In this document: one piece after another, positions 17,334 to 26,524 of the stretch
How the letters are laid out: each line of letters opens with the position of its first letter
Position numbering within the stretch: position 1 is the stretch's first letter
Assembly (NCBI GenBank): GCA_030693065.1
Contig: JAUYBL010000007.1
Location: 16,710 to 80,709 of the forward strand
Direction of reading: 5' to 3'
DNA: 64,000 nt
From: Methylococcaceae bacterium
Lineage (GTDB): Bacteria > Pseudomonadota > Gammaproteobacteria > Methylococcales > Methylomonadaceae
Translations under genes and position numbers: made by a program
Notes under the pieces: generated by a model
The model's input: the letters and a program-made list of their open reading frames with translations, nothing else
Told to the model about the DNA's origin: nothing
Databases searched by the model: none

Positions 17334-20258
17334 ATGAGTACATCACTCCCTTTTAAAAGGAATGCTTACGTGTCGGCTGTGAGCTCCTTGCTGATCTCAG
17401 GTCTCAGCGCGGTCGCAATGCCGCTTCAAGCCGCTGAACTGGTCGTCAATGGCAGTTTTGAACAACCGGCAATTCCCTATTTAAGCTGGAAACTAAGCTC
17501 CACGTTATCCGGCTGGAAGCTTGGTGCTGAAAGCAAGGGTAATAGATTCGAACTTCAAAACAATGTTGCAGGGGCTCCGCAAGCCAAGTTAGGCAACCAA
17601 TTCGCAGAATTGGATTCCAACGGTACCACATTGATTTATCAAGACATTCCGACTACGCCTGGAACTGTCTATCAGCTGCGGTTTCATTTTTCCGCTAGAC
17701 CGGGCGTTGTCGACAACCAGCTGCAGGTCAAATGGGGCGGTACCGTCGTTGGTAATATAAAAGCCAGCGGGTTTCTCAAATTCAATACGGTTTGGAAGGA
17801 TTACACTTACAGCGTGACTGCAACCGGTACCACTACCCGTCTGAGTTTCAGTAACCTTGGAGAAGTCAGCGATAGTTTCGGGGCTTATCTGGATGGCGTC
17901 AGCGTAGTTCCGGCCGACACTACTACTGCTCAAAATTCGACAAAGCTGGCCATTCTATTGCCTGACATCAATGCTGGCTCGACGCCGACCGATGCCTTGA
18001 GCACTCCGGCTGCACAGGCTTGGCTGGATGCAATTAAAGAAGAAGGCTTCAATGTGGAAGTCATTCGCGATAGCCAGTTTGCCTCGGTCGCCGGTAAATA
18101 CAAAGCTGTCATCTTGCCCGATGCGGTACACCAGATCGCTAGCGAACAGTTGTTGAGCGACATTTCCGCTTATGTTAAAGACCAAGGCGGTAACGTGCTG
18201 ATCGTTTACGATTTTGGCGCCCTGAACACTCAAGGCCTCTTCCCGACTTCGGGCCCGAATCCGTTCAGCAACCTAGTCGGCGTCGACTATAACCTGTACG
18301 GTGAGTTATACGGTCAAACCACTCTGTCTCCGGTCGGCTTGGGCCCAATTTACGGTATGGAAAGTACGCTGTGGAAGATGCAAGTACCGCCTGGTAAATA
18401 TATGACCTGGCCTACTGAGGGTTCAGCGACTTTCACCATGGCATCCACTAGCGAGATTGCCACTGCAACAGATCCGGAAAACACACCTACCGCCTATCTG
18501 AAAACCGATAGCAAGGATCCCGGTGGTGTGCGCAAATTCGATGCAGGCTATATTCATCGCATTCCATTCGGACACGAGAAAGGCATCACTCCGGATCAGA
18601 TTTTTGCTGCCCAATCTGAAAAGATTCCCCACAGCGCGTTGATCGGCAAAAGGCCAAACCGGCACAAACAGAACCCGGTTCCGTATTCTCCAGACGACAG
18701 CTTGCAAGGCGTATCTAGCTATTTGTATGGCTTTCTGACCTATCCGACCTACGTTACCTGTAACCTGGGCCATACCTCCAGTGCGAGCGATATAGCTAAC
18801 TTCGACAGCAATTGCACTACCACCGGAGAAAGTTATACCGGTAACCCATTGCTGGTATCTGACAGATTCGGTCTGGTGGCTGGTCACGCATCGCGCGGCA
18901 ACGGTAACGTAATGTTCGTCAATTTACCGTTGAGCCGTCTCAAAACTCAAACTGATGGTTTGTTGATGCATGGAGCAATCCGTTATTTTGGCGACGATTT
19001 ATCACAACTCCCAAGATTGGCTTCTGTGCCAAACGGGATTCCTGGTATGACAGTCAATGTGCATGTTGACTCCCAAGACGCCTTGGCACCAATCAACGAA
19101 ATGAAGGCTGCCGGTATTTGGGATAATGGTCCATTCTCGGTGCATTTCACCGGTGGTCCGGTCGTTGATTATCAAGAATGTCTAGCCGATAGCAACGGCT
19201 TGCCGATCCGCTCGTTGCCTGTCAACGGTCAACCGGCCACTTGCGCGAATTTGATCGCTAACCCGCTGGGTGATGTGGTTTATCAAAAAGACGTCAACGG
19301 TAACAAAATCGTTAAGTCAACTGCGGCAGTCGGTTTGAATATCCCCAATAATTCTGCGGCCAAAGCGGCTATTCAATATTTTGCCGCGAAAGGCCATCAG
19401 ATAGGTGCGCATGGCGGTTGGTTGCATGACTACTACGGCAATAACGCACATGACGATATTTACGACCTGTCGACAACTCCGTCAACCTTGGTCAATCCAT
19501 CCAATCAGGCTACTTACCAACCTTATTTAGAGTTGAACAAAACAACTGTCGATAAAGTTGTCGCTCGAAAAACCACCGAGTATTCGGCGCCAATGGGTAA
19601 CAACTCAAAATGGGCGGTCAACTGGTTAGAAAACAATGGGGTGTTGGGTGCTTATTTCTTGGGTGATACCGGCATGGGAGCGACAAGGCACTGGCGCGAA
19701 GGCGACCTGCTGAACCAATCAATCTGGATGTTCCCCGTCACCCCGCTGGGCTTGTACGCCACCTTTGAGGAGTTTACCGAATATGGCGTGGATACTGCTG
19801 ACGTCACCAATTGGCTAACCAAATTGGTTGATTTCGAAGTCGTTAACCGCACGAACCGCTTGGTGTATTTCCACCCGCCTGGAGCAGTAGACTACTTACC
19901 ATCGCTGCAATCGATGATTGATAGAGCCGATAGTTATGCAAACAGCAGTAACCACGACTTCAAATGGTACTCGATGACCGACATTGCCAAATTCATGACA
20001 AATCGGAAGCAGGTCAGCTGGTCAGTTACACCGCAAAGCGGCAAGTTATTGTTCCAGGCTTCTCATCCAAGCAGTCTGGTAGGTCAGACTTGGATTCTGC
20101 CCAAAGAGGAATACAATAAACCGACGGTGAATTCCACTTACAACTACTGGACGCTTTGGGGCTATAAACCCTCAGCAACAGTCTCGGAAGATGGTGAAGC
20201 TTGGTTGGTAACAGTGAATTCTGGTACCAGTATCAGTTTTACCGTATCTGCCAAGTAA
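17334..20258 (+). CDS. Large secreted protein with an N-terminal DUF642-like carbohydrate-binding-type beta-sandwich domain, a middle domain and a C-terminal CE4-like deacetylase-like domain paralogous to 13513..15351.
   Basis: Signal peptide (..AVAMPLQAA), the ELVVNGSFEQP..GW..G..FELQ..AELDS motif typical of DUF642-like domains, then regions collinear with the 612-aa paralog (VNVHVDSQ, AHGGWLHDYYG, EYSAPMGN, VYFHPPG). Confidence 0.55.
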   Translation: MSTSLPFKRNAYVSAVSSLLISGLSAVAMPLQAAELVVNGSFEQPAIPYLSWKLSSTLSGWKLGAESKGNRFELQNNVAGAPQAKLGNQFAELDSNGTTLIYQDIPTTPGTVYQLRFHFSARPGVVDNQLQVKWGGTVVGNIKASGFLKFNTVWKDYTYSVTATGTTTRLSFSNLGEVSDSFGAYLDGVSVVPADTTTAQNSTKLAILLPDINAGSTPTDALSTPAAQAWLDAIKEEGFNVEVIRDSQFASVAGKYKAVILPDAVHQIASEQLLSDISAYVKDQGGNVLIVYDFGALNTQGLFPTSGPNPFSNLVGVDYNLYGELYGQTTLSPVGLGPIYGMESTLWKMQVPPGKYMTWPTEGSATFTMASTSEIATATDPENTPTAYLKTDSKDPGGVRKFDAGYIHRIPFGHEKGITPDQIFAAQSEKIPHSALIGKRPNRHKQNPVPYSPDDSLQGVSSYLYGFLTYPTYVTCNLGHTSSASDIANFDSNCTTTGESYTGNPLLVSDRFGLVAGHASRGNGNVMFVNLPLSRLKTQTDGLLMHGAIRYFGDDLSQLPRLASVPNGIPGMTVNVHVDSQDALAPINEMKAAGIWDNGPFSVHFTGGPVVDYQECLADSNGLPIRSLPVNGQPATCANLIANPLGDVVYQKDVNGNKIVKSTAAVGLNIPNNSAAKAAIQYFAAKGHQIGAHGGWLHDYYGNNAHDDIYDLSTTPSTLVNPSNQATYQPYLELNKTTVDKVVARKTTEYSAPMGNNSKWAVNWLENNGVLGAYFLGDTGMGATRHWREGDLLNQSIWMFPVTPLGLYATFEEFTEYGVDTADVTNWLTKLVDFEVVNRTNRLVYFHPPGAVDYLPSLQSMIDRADSYANSSNHDFKWYSMTDIAKFMTNRKQVSWSVTPQSGKLLFQASHPSSLVGQTWILPKEEYNKPTVNSTYNYWTLWGYKPSATVSEDGEAWLVTVNSGTSISFTVSAK

Positions 20259-20359
20259 GCTGTAATTCTGCAAAAACGGGACTCGCTCTTTAAGACTTTT
20301 AGGGCGAGTCCGTTCAGTTCAATGGTCAGATTCGCCCTATAAGGGCCATTCAATTCTTT

Positions 20360-20384
20360 CATCCTACTCCCGCGGAGTAGGATG
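20360..20384 (+). terminator. Hairpin (CATCCTACTCC-CGC-GGAGTAGGATG) followed by an A/T run, likely a terminator of the 17334 gene. A second weaker hairpin lies at 20278-20312.
   Basis: 11-bp perfect stem with a 3-nt loop read in the sequence. Confidence 0.4.
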
Positions 20385-20703
20385 AAAATGCCGGGAATTT
20401 TAGGCTATCTGGTTTACTCATAACCTCTCTGCTGGTCAGATCCACTCATCTTTTGCGATCTCGACAATACTATTTACAGCGTATTCTAATCGAAGGTAAA
20501 AACGGTTACTGACTCAACTACATTAGAGCCAAACGAGCGAACACCTAGCTTGCCTGGATCAGGCAGTATCTTTTTGGTCATGAACCTGTTGAACCTGGAA
20601 AGGACTTTTTTGTCTCGAGTAAAATAGTTTTATCGCAACATTAAGACATGCTTCGGAACAGATATTTTTAATACCTACCCGGCCTGCTCGGTTGGTTTGT
20701 TTA

Positions 20704-21948
20704 TTACCTGGGTCGTTCTTGGGGGGCATTTAGCCAATCACGCACGCCTAGCCCCGCCCACAATCCGGTAGCAAAGCAGGCGGTTAATAAATAGCCACCT
20801 GTTGGCGCTTCCCAGTCGAGCATTTCGCCTGCGCAAAATACCCCCGGCATAGCTGAAAGCATAAGCTTATCGTCAATTGCGCTAAAGCAAATACCGCCTG
20901 CGCTACTAATGGCTTCACCTATAGGTCTGGCCCCAGTGAGTTTAACGGGTAACGCTTTAATGGTTGTACACAGCAGCATCGGGTCAGCACAATCATCAGT
21001 ACTTAATATTTCATGCAGCAGCGCTATTTTTACTGCCGACAATTTTAGGCGTTTGCGCAGGTGATTGGCTAGTGACTGTTTGCCACGCGGCATAGATACT
21101 TTGCCCAATAATGTATCGAAATCATTATCCGGGGCTAAATCGATGTAGACAGTGACACTGCCTACTACCGCAATTTCATCACGCAATAAAGCCGACAAAC
21201 TGTAAATTAAGCCACCTTCTAGCCCGGTTTGTGTGATTACAAACTCCCCTTTTTGGCTGACTTGTTGCCCGGCCGCGATGAATGAGACCTGCACCGATTT
21301 CAACGCTTGCCCGGCAAAACGGTTGCAAAAATACTCGCTCCAACTTACGTCAAAGCCACAATTGGCCGGCTTTAGAGGATTGATTGTCACCGATTTATCA
21401 TGCAGTAGCGGAACCCAAGTGCCAGTTGAGCCAAGCTGCGGCCAGCTGGCACCGCCCAACGCCAGTATAGTGGCATCCGCGGCGGAAGTTTTTTCACCAT
21501 TTGCTGTATTAAAGCGCAGGGCATTGTTTTCCGTCCAGCCCAACCATTGATGGCGAACATGAAACATCACTCCGGCTAAGCGCAATCTGTGCAACCATGC
21601 TCGCAGCAATGGCGCGGCTTTCATATCAGTAGGAAATATGCGGCCAGAGCTGCCGGTAAAGGTGTTTATTCCCAGTTCCTTTAGCCAGGCAACCAGCGCG
21701 TCAGGTCCAAAGTCTGACAACATTGCTTCAAGATGCCTTCGACTAGCACCATAGCGCGTTAAAAACCTATCGAATGGCTCGGCATTGGATATATTCATCC
21801 CGCCTTTACCGGCCATTAGAAACTTGCGACCAACCGAGGGCATAGCATCGTAAACATCAACCTTTATGCCACTTTTAATCAAAACTTCAGCTGCCATCAA
21901 TCCAGCAGGCCCGCCGCCTATAATGGCAACGGTCTTGGTATTAGCCAT
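20704..21948 (-). CDS. HI0933/BaiN-family NAD(P)/FAD-dependent flavoprotein oxidoreductase.
   Basis: N-terminal Rossmann motif VAIIGGGPAGLMAAEVL and family-typical length (about 410 aa). Start placed at MANTKT. Confidence 0.65.
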   Translation of the reverse strand: MANTKTVAIIGGGPAGLMAAEVLIKSGIKVDVYDAMPSVGRKFLMAGKGGMNISNAEPFDRFLTRYGASRRHLEAMLSDFGPDALVAWLKELGINTFTGSSGRIFPTDMKAAPLLRAWLHRLRLAGVMFHVRHQWLGWTENNALRFNTANGEKTSAADATILALGGASWPQLGSTGTWVPLLHDKSVTINPLKPANCGFDVSWSEYFCNRFAGQALKSVQVSFIAAGQQVSQKGEFVITQTGLEGGLIYSLSALLRDEIAVVGSVTVYIDLAPDNDFDTLLGKVSMPRGKQSLANHLRKRLKLSAVKIALLHEILSTDDCADPMLLCTTIKALPVKLTGARPIGEAISSAGGICFSAIDDKLMLSAMPGVFCAGEMLDWEAPTGGYLLTACFATGLWAGLGVRDWLNAPQERPR

Positions 21949-21984
21949 GATAACTGTCTGTAGAATCAATAAGCCGCTCGACTA

Positions 21985-23295
21985 TCAAACCAATCGTCCC
22001 CACAAGTCGTAGTCATCGGCCTCTTCTAATTCAACATCAACAAAATCGCCGACTTTTAGATGTGTGGCACCATCAATAAATACTTGACCGTCAATTTCGG
22101 GGGCATCAGCTTTACTTCTAGCCACCGCGCCTTCTTCGACCACTTCGTCAATTAGCACGGTTTCGATCCGGCCAATGCGTTGTTGCAGACGCGCGGCGCT
22201 AATTTCGGCTTGATGTGCCATAAAGCGCGCCAAGCGTTCTTGTTTGACTTCTTCGGGTATGGCATTGGGTAATTCATTGGCGGCTGCGCCTTTGACTGGC
22301 GAATAAGCGAAACAGCCAACTCTATCCAATTGCGCCTCAGTCATAAAATCCAGCAACTCTTCAAATTCTTGTTCAGTTTCGCCGGGAAAACCGACGATAA
22401 AGGTGCTGCGCAGAGTAATGTCCGGACAGATGTCGCGCCAGGCTTTGATGCGGTGCAGGTTGTTTTCGCTGGCTGCCGGACGTTTCATCAATTTAAGAAT
22501 ACGGCTGTTGGCATGCTGAAAGGGAATGTCCAGATACGGCAATATCTTGCCTTCAGCCATCAGTGGAATGACGTCGTCAACATGCGGATAGGGATAAACG
22601 TAATGCATTCTGACCCAGATGCCTAAATCGCCGAGGGCTTCAGCTAAGTCATAAAAACGAGTGTTAACGGCGCGGCCTTTCCAGTCGCGGGATTGGTATT
22701 TCAGATCCAGACCATAGGCGCTGGTATCTTGCGAAACAACTAACAATTCCTTAACGCCGGCATTGGCCAGTCGTTCAGCTTCCAGCAGTACATCGTCAAC
22801 TGGCCGACTAACCAAGTCGCCGCGCATGGATGGAATAATGCAGAAGGTGCAACGATGATTACAACCTTCGGAAATTTTTAAATAGGCATAATGTCTAGGC
22901 GTCAGTTTGATGCCTTGCGGCGGCACCAGGCTGATGAAAGGGTCATGAGGCGGCGGTAAATGTTCATGCACTGCGTTGACGACCTCTTCTAATGCATGTG
23001 CGCCGGTGACTTTTAAAACTTGTGGGTGGCGTGCGCGAATTTCGTCTTCTCTGGCACCCAAGCAACCAGTAACAATTACCCTGCCATTTTGTGCCAGCGC
23101 TTCGCCGATACTATCCAATGATTCTTCCACTGCTGCATCGATAAAGCCGCAGGTATTAACGACGACCAGATCGGCGTCCTGATAGGTTGGCGACACGGTG
23201 TAGCCTTCTGAGCGGAGTTTGGTCAAAATTCTTTCGCTATCAACCAGCGCTTTGGGGCAACCCAAACTGATAAAGCCTATATGTGGGGCAGTCAT
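21985..23295 (-). CDS. rimO: Ribosomal protein S12 methylthiotransferase RimO (radical-SAM MTTase).
   Basis: An MTTase N-domain ([17 protein letters not shown]), a radical-SAM CxxxCxxC box ([11 protein letters not shown]) and a TRAM C-terminus. Start placed at MTAPHIGF. Confidence 0.85.
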   Translation of the reverse strand: MTAPHIGFISLGCPKALVDSERILTKLRSEGYTVSPTYQDADLVVVNTCGFIDAAVEESLDSIGEALAQNGRVIVTGCLGAREDEIRARHPQVLKVTGAHALEEVVNAVHEHLPPPHDPFISLVPPQGIKLTPRHYAYLKISEGCNHRCTFCIIPSMRGDLVSRPVDDVLLEAERLANAGVKELLVVSQDTSAYGLDLKYQSRDWKGRAVNTRFYDLAEALGDLGIWVRMHYVYPYPHVDDVIPLMAEGKILPYLDIPFQHANSRILKLMKRPAASENNLHRIKAWRDICPDITLRSTFIVGFPGETEQEFEELLDFMTEAQLDRVGCFAYSPVKGAAANELPNAIPEEVKQERLARFMAHQAEISAARLQQRIGRIETVLIDEVVEEGAVARSKADAPEIDGQVFIDGATHLKVGDFVDVELEEADDYDLWGRLV

Positions 23296-23520
23296 GTGAA
23301 TCTCTTGGTATATAAATCGGATTAGTCTATCGAATATGGCATTTTGCATAAAACAAAAAGCCTTATCTTTTTGGTAGCCAGCTTATTAAATCGGGAGGAT
23401 AAATCTGATGTCGCTCTGTTAAAAAGAACTTAGAGCGTGAAACGACTAGGAAAATGGGTTTAGCGATTTAAGTGATTCAGCCAACCGTTCAGCTGGCTGA
23501 ATCTGATTACAAGACGATGC

Positions 23521-23904
23521 TTAGTGAGCCGCGTCGTAAGTTACTTTTATTTCTTGAAGAATTTTCAGAGCGTCTCTTAAAGCAGCTTCAGCTGGTTGAG
23601 ATTCGCCTTTATCAATTGCTTCACGAGCTGCTTTCAATTGATTGTTAGCATATTGACGGCTACGTTCGGTTTGTTCGTAGCGGAACTCTTTTTGCAACTG
23701 GCGTGCTTCACCAATAGGAGCCAAAACAGCTGCTTTGTCAGCACCTTTTTCGATTAAGGCAATTGCTTCTTCAACTTTAGCAATTGTACCTTCAGCAGCT
23801 TCACGTACTTTGGCTTCTTCAGCTTTACCAGCAAAAGCAGTTGATGAAATCATTGCCATAGATGCTAAAGCAATAGAAACCACGATATTTTTGAATAACT
23901 TCAT
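23521..23904 (-). CDS. Small secreted alpha-helical, Ala/Lys/Glu-rich protein of unknown function.
   Basis: Signal peptide (MKLFKNIVVSIALASMAMISSTAFA) followed by about 100 aa of predicted amphipathic helices. Paralogous to the divergently oriented 24296 gene. Confidence 0.5.
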   Translation of the reverse strand: MKLFKNIVVSIALASMAMISSTAFAGKAEEAKVREAAEGTIAKVEEAIALIEKGADKAAVLAPIGEARQLQKEFRYEQTERSRQYANNQLKAAREAIDKGESQPAEAALRDALKILQEIKVTYDAAH

Positions 23905-24295
23905 TGATTATTTCCCTCGGAGTTGTGGATGTTAGCTTCCACTTTAAAAAACGATTAAGACGATGTGCGGAATAACATATTTAAACAAATGTGCCATTTG
24001 CCAATAAATTGTAGCATGGAAGGTAATCTGTAATAGTAAATTGTTGACTTAAATACTCAAAAATTAGAGTGGCCACTTGGGTACATTCTTAGCCATATTC
24101 TCAAAACAAATTACTGATATACCCTTATAAACAAGCTGTCTCAGACAACTAAGCAAATTTGTTTTCGCATGACCACATTCACAAATTTTTGATATACTGA
24201 AAAACGGCTATTAACTGTGGTTATTTTGCAGAATTGTGGCCGGGTAACATCCAGTTGTATTCAAAATTAAAATTATTAATCGAGGTAGAAACCGT

Positions 24296-24682
24296 ATGAA
24301 AGTATTGAAAAAAATCCTTGTTTCATTGGCAATAGCATCAGCACTGGGTGCAGCATCACATTCAGCAATGGCTGAAACCGATAAAGGCCGCGTTGTTTAC
24401 GCACCTGCAGAAGCAATTGATAACACTGTTGCAAAAATTAGAACTGCATTAGCTGCAATTACTCAAGGAACCGATGGCGATAAAGCAGCTGATCTGATTA
24501 AAGATGCATCTGACTCTTCTAAAGAAATCAATGCCAATGACAGAGTAGATCGCGCACGCCAAAAAGCTAACAACCTTTTAAAATCAGCACGTACTCACGC
24601 AAAAGACAAAGCAACTCAAGAAGCAGAGCAAGAATTAAGAGAAGCCATAACAGCTTTTGAAGCCTTGAAGCCCCTCATTTAA
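24296..24682 (+). CDS. Small secreted alpha-helical protein, paralog of the 23521..23904 gene.
   Basis: Signal peptide (MKVLKKILVSLAIASALGAASHSAMA). Similar length and composition, with a shared ...ARQ.ANN.LK.AR.... motif. Confidence 0.5.
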   Translation: MKVLKKILVSLAIASALGAASHSAMAETDKGRVVYAPAEAIDNTVAKIRTALAAITQGTDGDKAADLIKDASDSSKEINANDRVDRARQKANNLLKSARTHAKDKATQEAEQELREAITAFEALKPLI

Positions 24683-24795
24683 TTCAAAACCTGTAAGTTT
24701 GGTGTTGTATCAATACGATATCTGTGATAAAAATTAAGCGCTTGCGATGTGATGCAGGCGCATAATAATTTACAAAATCTTTTAGGAGGATCACA

Positions 24796-24918
24796 ATGAA
24801 AAAAGTATTATCTTTAGTAGCTATGGCGTTAATGATTGTTGGCCTAAGTGGCTGCATGGACGACCCAGATGGTTCTAAACAAAAAGTTTCTGGCTCTACT
24901 TCCAGCATTCAGCTTTAA
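24796..24918 (+). CDS. 40-aa lipoprotein (entericidin-size) with a lipobox.
   Basis: RBS AGGAGGA 6 nt upstream. MKKVLSLVAMALMIVGLSGC (lipobox LSGC), then 20 polar residues. Followed by a strong rho-independent terminator. Confidence 0.4.
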   Translation: MKKVLSLVAMALMIVGLSGCMDDPDGSKQKVSGSTSSIQL

Positions 24919-24935
24919 TTTTTAAGCTTCTGGAA

Positions 24936-24970
24936 TAAAAAAGCCCAGCTACTAGCTGGGCTTTTTTTTG
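24936..24970 (+). terminator. Rho-independent terminator.
   Basis: AAAAAAGCCCAGCTactAGCTGGGCTTTTTTTT: a GC-rich hairpin plus a U-tract. Confidence 0.7.
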
Positions 24971-25085
24971 CGTCACAAGACGGTTTGCAATAAGCAAGGA
25001 TTGCTTTTTTAGGGTTACTAAGCGATATAGACGCTTTCATATACCCGATAAACTTATAACTATTAAAAAATGGAGATGGTGAAAT

Positions 25086-25664
25086 ATGCCGACAGATCAA
25101 TATTTACAAGGCCAACTAGCCAAGTTTTTGGTCCGAACACAAGCAATAACAGCCTTATGCATATTGCTTGCACTGGCTGGGCTGGATTTCTTTTTTCCGA
25201 CTAATTACCATCTGCAAGCTGGGATACATGGCATCAGTTCTATTTCTGCGTTGGTCCTAGGCACATATTTGACCCATCGGGCTTATGCTTTAATTCGAGG
25301 CGTGCATATTAATTTCCACTCGTTGCGCTATTGGCTAATGGGTGCAACGGCGATAAATTTTCTCGGCGCCCTCAGCGGTAACTGGATTTACATGCGCTAT
25401 CGTGGACAGGATGGCCCAAAAGACTGGATTTTGGCGAATGTACCTGCTTTCCATAATTATTTGATGGAGTTCAAAGAGTTCGTTTCGTTATTCCCGTTTC
25501 CATTAATGCTGGCGGGATCATTCATTTTATTTTATTACGGCGATGCTATTCGCGAGCGCCGCGACTTGACTCAATTGGTCGGCATCTTGATATTACTAGC
25601 CTGGCTGTTTTTATTGTTGGGCTTTGTGGCTGGATTGACACTGGCCAAATTACGCTTTGTATAA
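25086..25664 (+). CDS. Integral membrane protein (4-5 TM), first gene of a four-gene envelope operon; function unknown (possibly CopD-like).
   Basis: Hydrophobicity pattern and tight operon spacing with the CopC-like gene downstream. Confidence 0.4.
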   Translation: MPTDQYLQGQLAKFLVRTQAITALCILLALAGLDFFFPTNYHLQAGIHGISSISALVLGTYLTHRAYALIRGVHINFHSLRYWLMGATAINFLGALSGNWIYMRYRGQDGPKDWILANVPAFHNYLMEFKEFVSLFPFPLMLAGSFILFYYGDAIRERRDLTQLVGILILLAWLFLLLGFVAGLTLAKLRFV

Positions 25665-25675
25665 GAGAAATTGTA

Positions 25676-26107
25676 ATGTCTGAATTTCAATCCCCCGAAG
25701 AGCAATCAAAGCTAGAATCCACTGAACAAGAAACGTTGTTCTCTGGACCTGCAATTGCTGCAACTGTATCGCTATTACTGGGTTTTTACACCCTAATGAT
25801 CACCCACCACATTTCCCGACTAAGCAAAGAAATGGATAAGTTCATCCATTCTTATGGCTATTGGATACCCGGCTCTACCGGCGTCGGGCCAGATGGCAGC
25901 ATTGGTTCTTATGCGGGTAAAGAGGCCCTAGCATTATTGGTTTGGGGCTTAAGCTGGACTATTTTTCACCTGCTTTGGCGGAAGCAAGACATATCTGTTC
26001 GAGGCTGGCTGCCAATATTTTTAGGGGGCTTATTGCTAGTTTCTCTAGCATTTATTCATCCTATTATCGATCCATTCATACTCTTGCTGATCGATGTATT
26101 TGGCTAA
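25676..26107 (+). CDS. Integral membrane protein (4 TM), function unknown.
   Basis: Hydrophobic 143-aa ORF 12 nt downstream of the previous gene. Confidence 0.4.
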   Translation: MSEFQSPEEQSKLESTEQETLFSGPAIAATVSLLLGFYTLMITHHISRLSKEMDKFIHSYGYWIPGSTGVGPDGSIGSYAGKEALALLVWGLSWTIFHLLWRKQDISVRGWLPIFLGGLLLVSLAFIHPIIDPFILLLIDVFG

Positions 26108-26119
26108 GCGGGCACTTCA

Positions 26120-26503
26120 ATGCATACTGAAACAATGACAAAAACTAAACATTTTTTTCTCGGACTAGTTCTATTACTGGCTGTTGTTCAACAACCGGTA
26201 TATGCCGAAGGCGTGCTAATGAAAGCGCAGCCTCGCGATAATGCGGCGGTATCTAACTTTGATAGACAAGTAAAATTGTGGTTCAGCGGCAACGTCGGTG
26301 ACCGCGCACCGTCACTGGTTGTACTAGACGATCAAGGCACACGAGTTGATAACGCCGACTTGCAATTAACCATTGATGATCGCAGTGAATTAAGCGCAAC
26401 CACCAAGCCGCTAACACCTGGCAATTATATTGTGCGCTACCGTGTTGTAACAGAAGATGGCCTGGTCGTCAGCGGCATCAGTAGATTCACAATTAAACCT
26501 TAA
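26120..26503 (+). CDS. CopC-family periplasmic beta-sandwich protein (a copper-chaperone-like fold).
   Basis: Signal peptide, then ..VKLWFSGNV..GNYIVRYRVVTEDGLVVSGISRFTIKP matching the CopC domain pattern. It lacks the N-terminal His of Cu(II)-binding CopC. Confidence 0.5.
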   Translation: MHTETMTKTKHFFLGLVLLLAVVQQPVYAEGVLMKAQPRDNAAVSNFDRQVKLWFSGNVGDRAPSLVVLDDQGTRVDNADLQLTIDDRSELSATTKPLTPGNYIVRYRVVTEDGLVVSGISRFTIKP

Positions 26504-26524
26504 GCTTCGGCCGGAGTCGCTCTT

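Noticed and set aside
24071-24090. Possible sigma-54 promoter (GTGGCCACTTGGG...) in the divergent region between the two small secreted-protein genes. Similar near-misses lie at 8370, 15380, 17276 and 33300.
   Set aside because: The GG-N10-GC spacing or the -12 GC is wrong in each. Only the sites at 13231 and 61834 fit the consensus.
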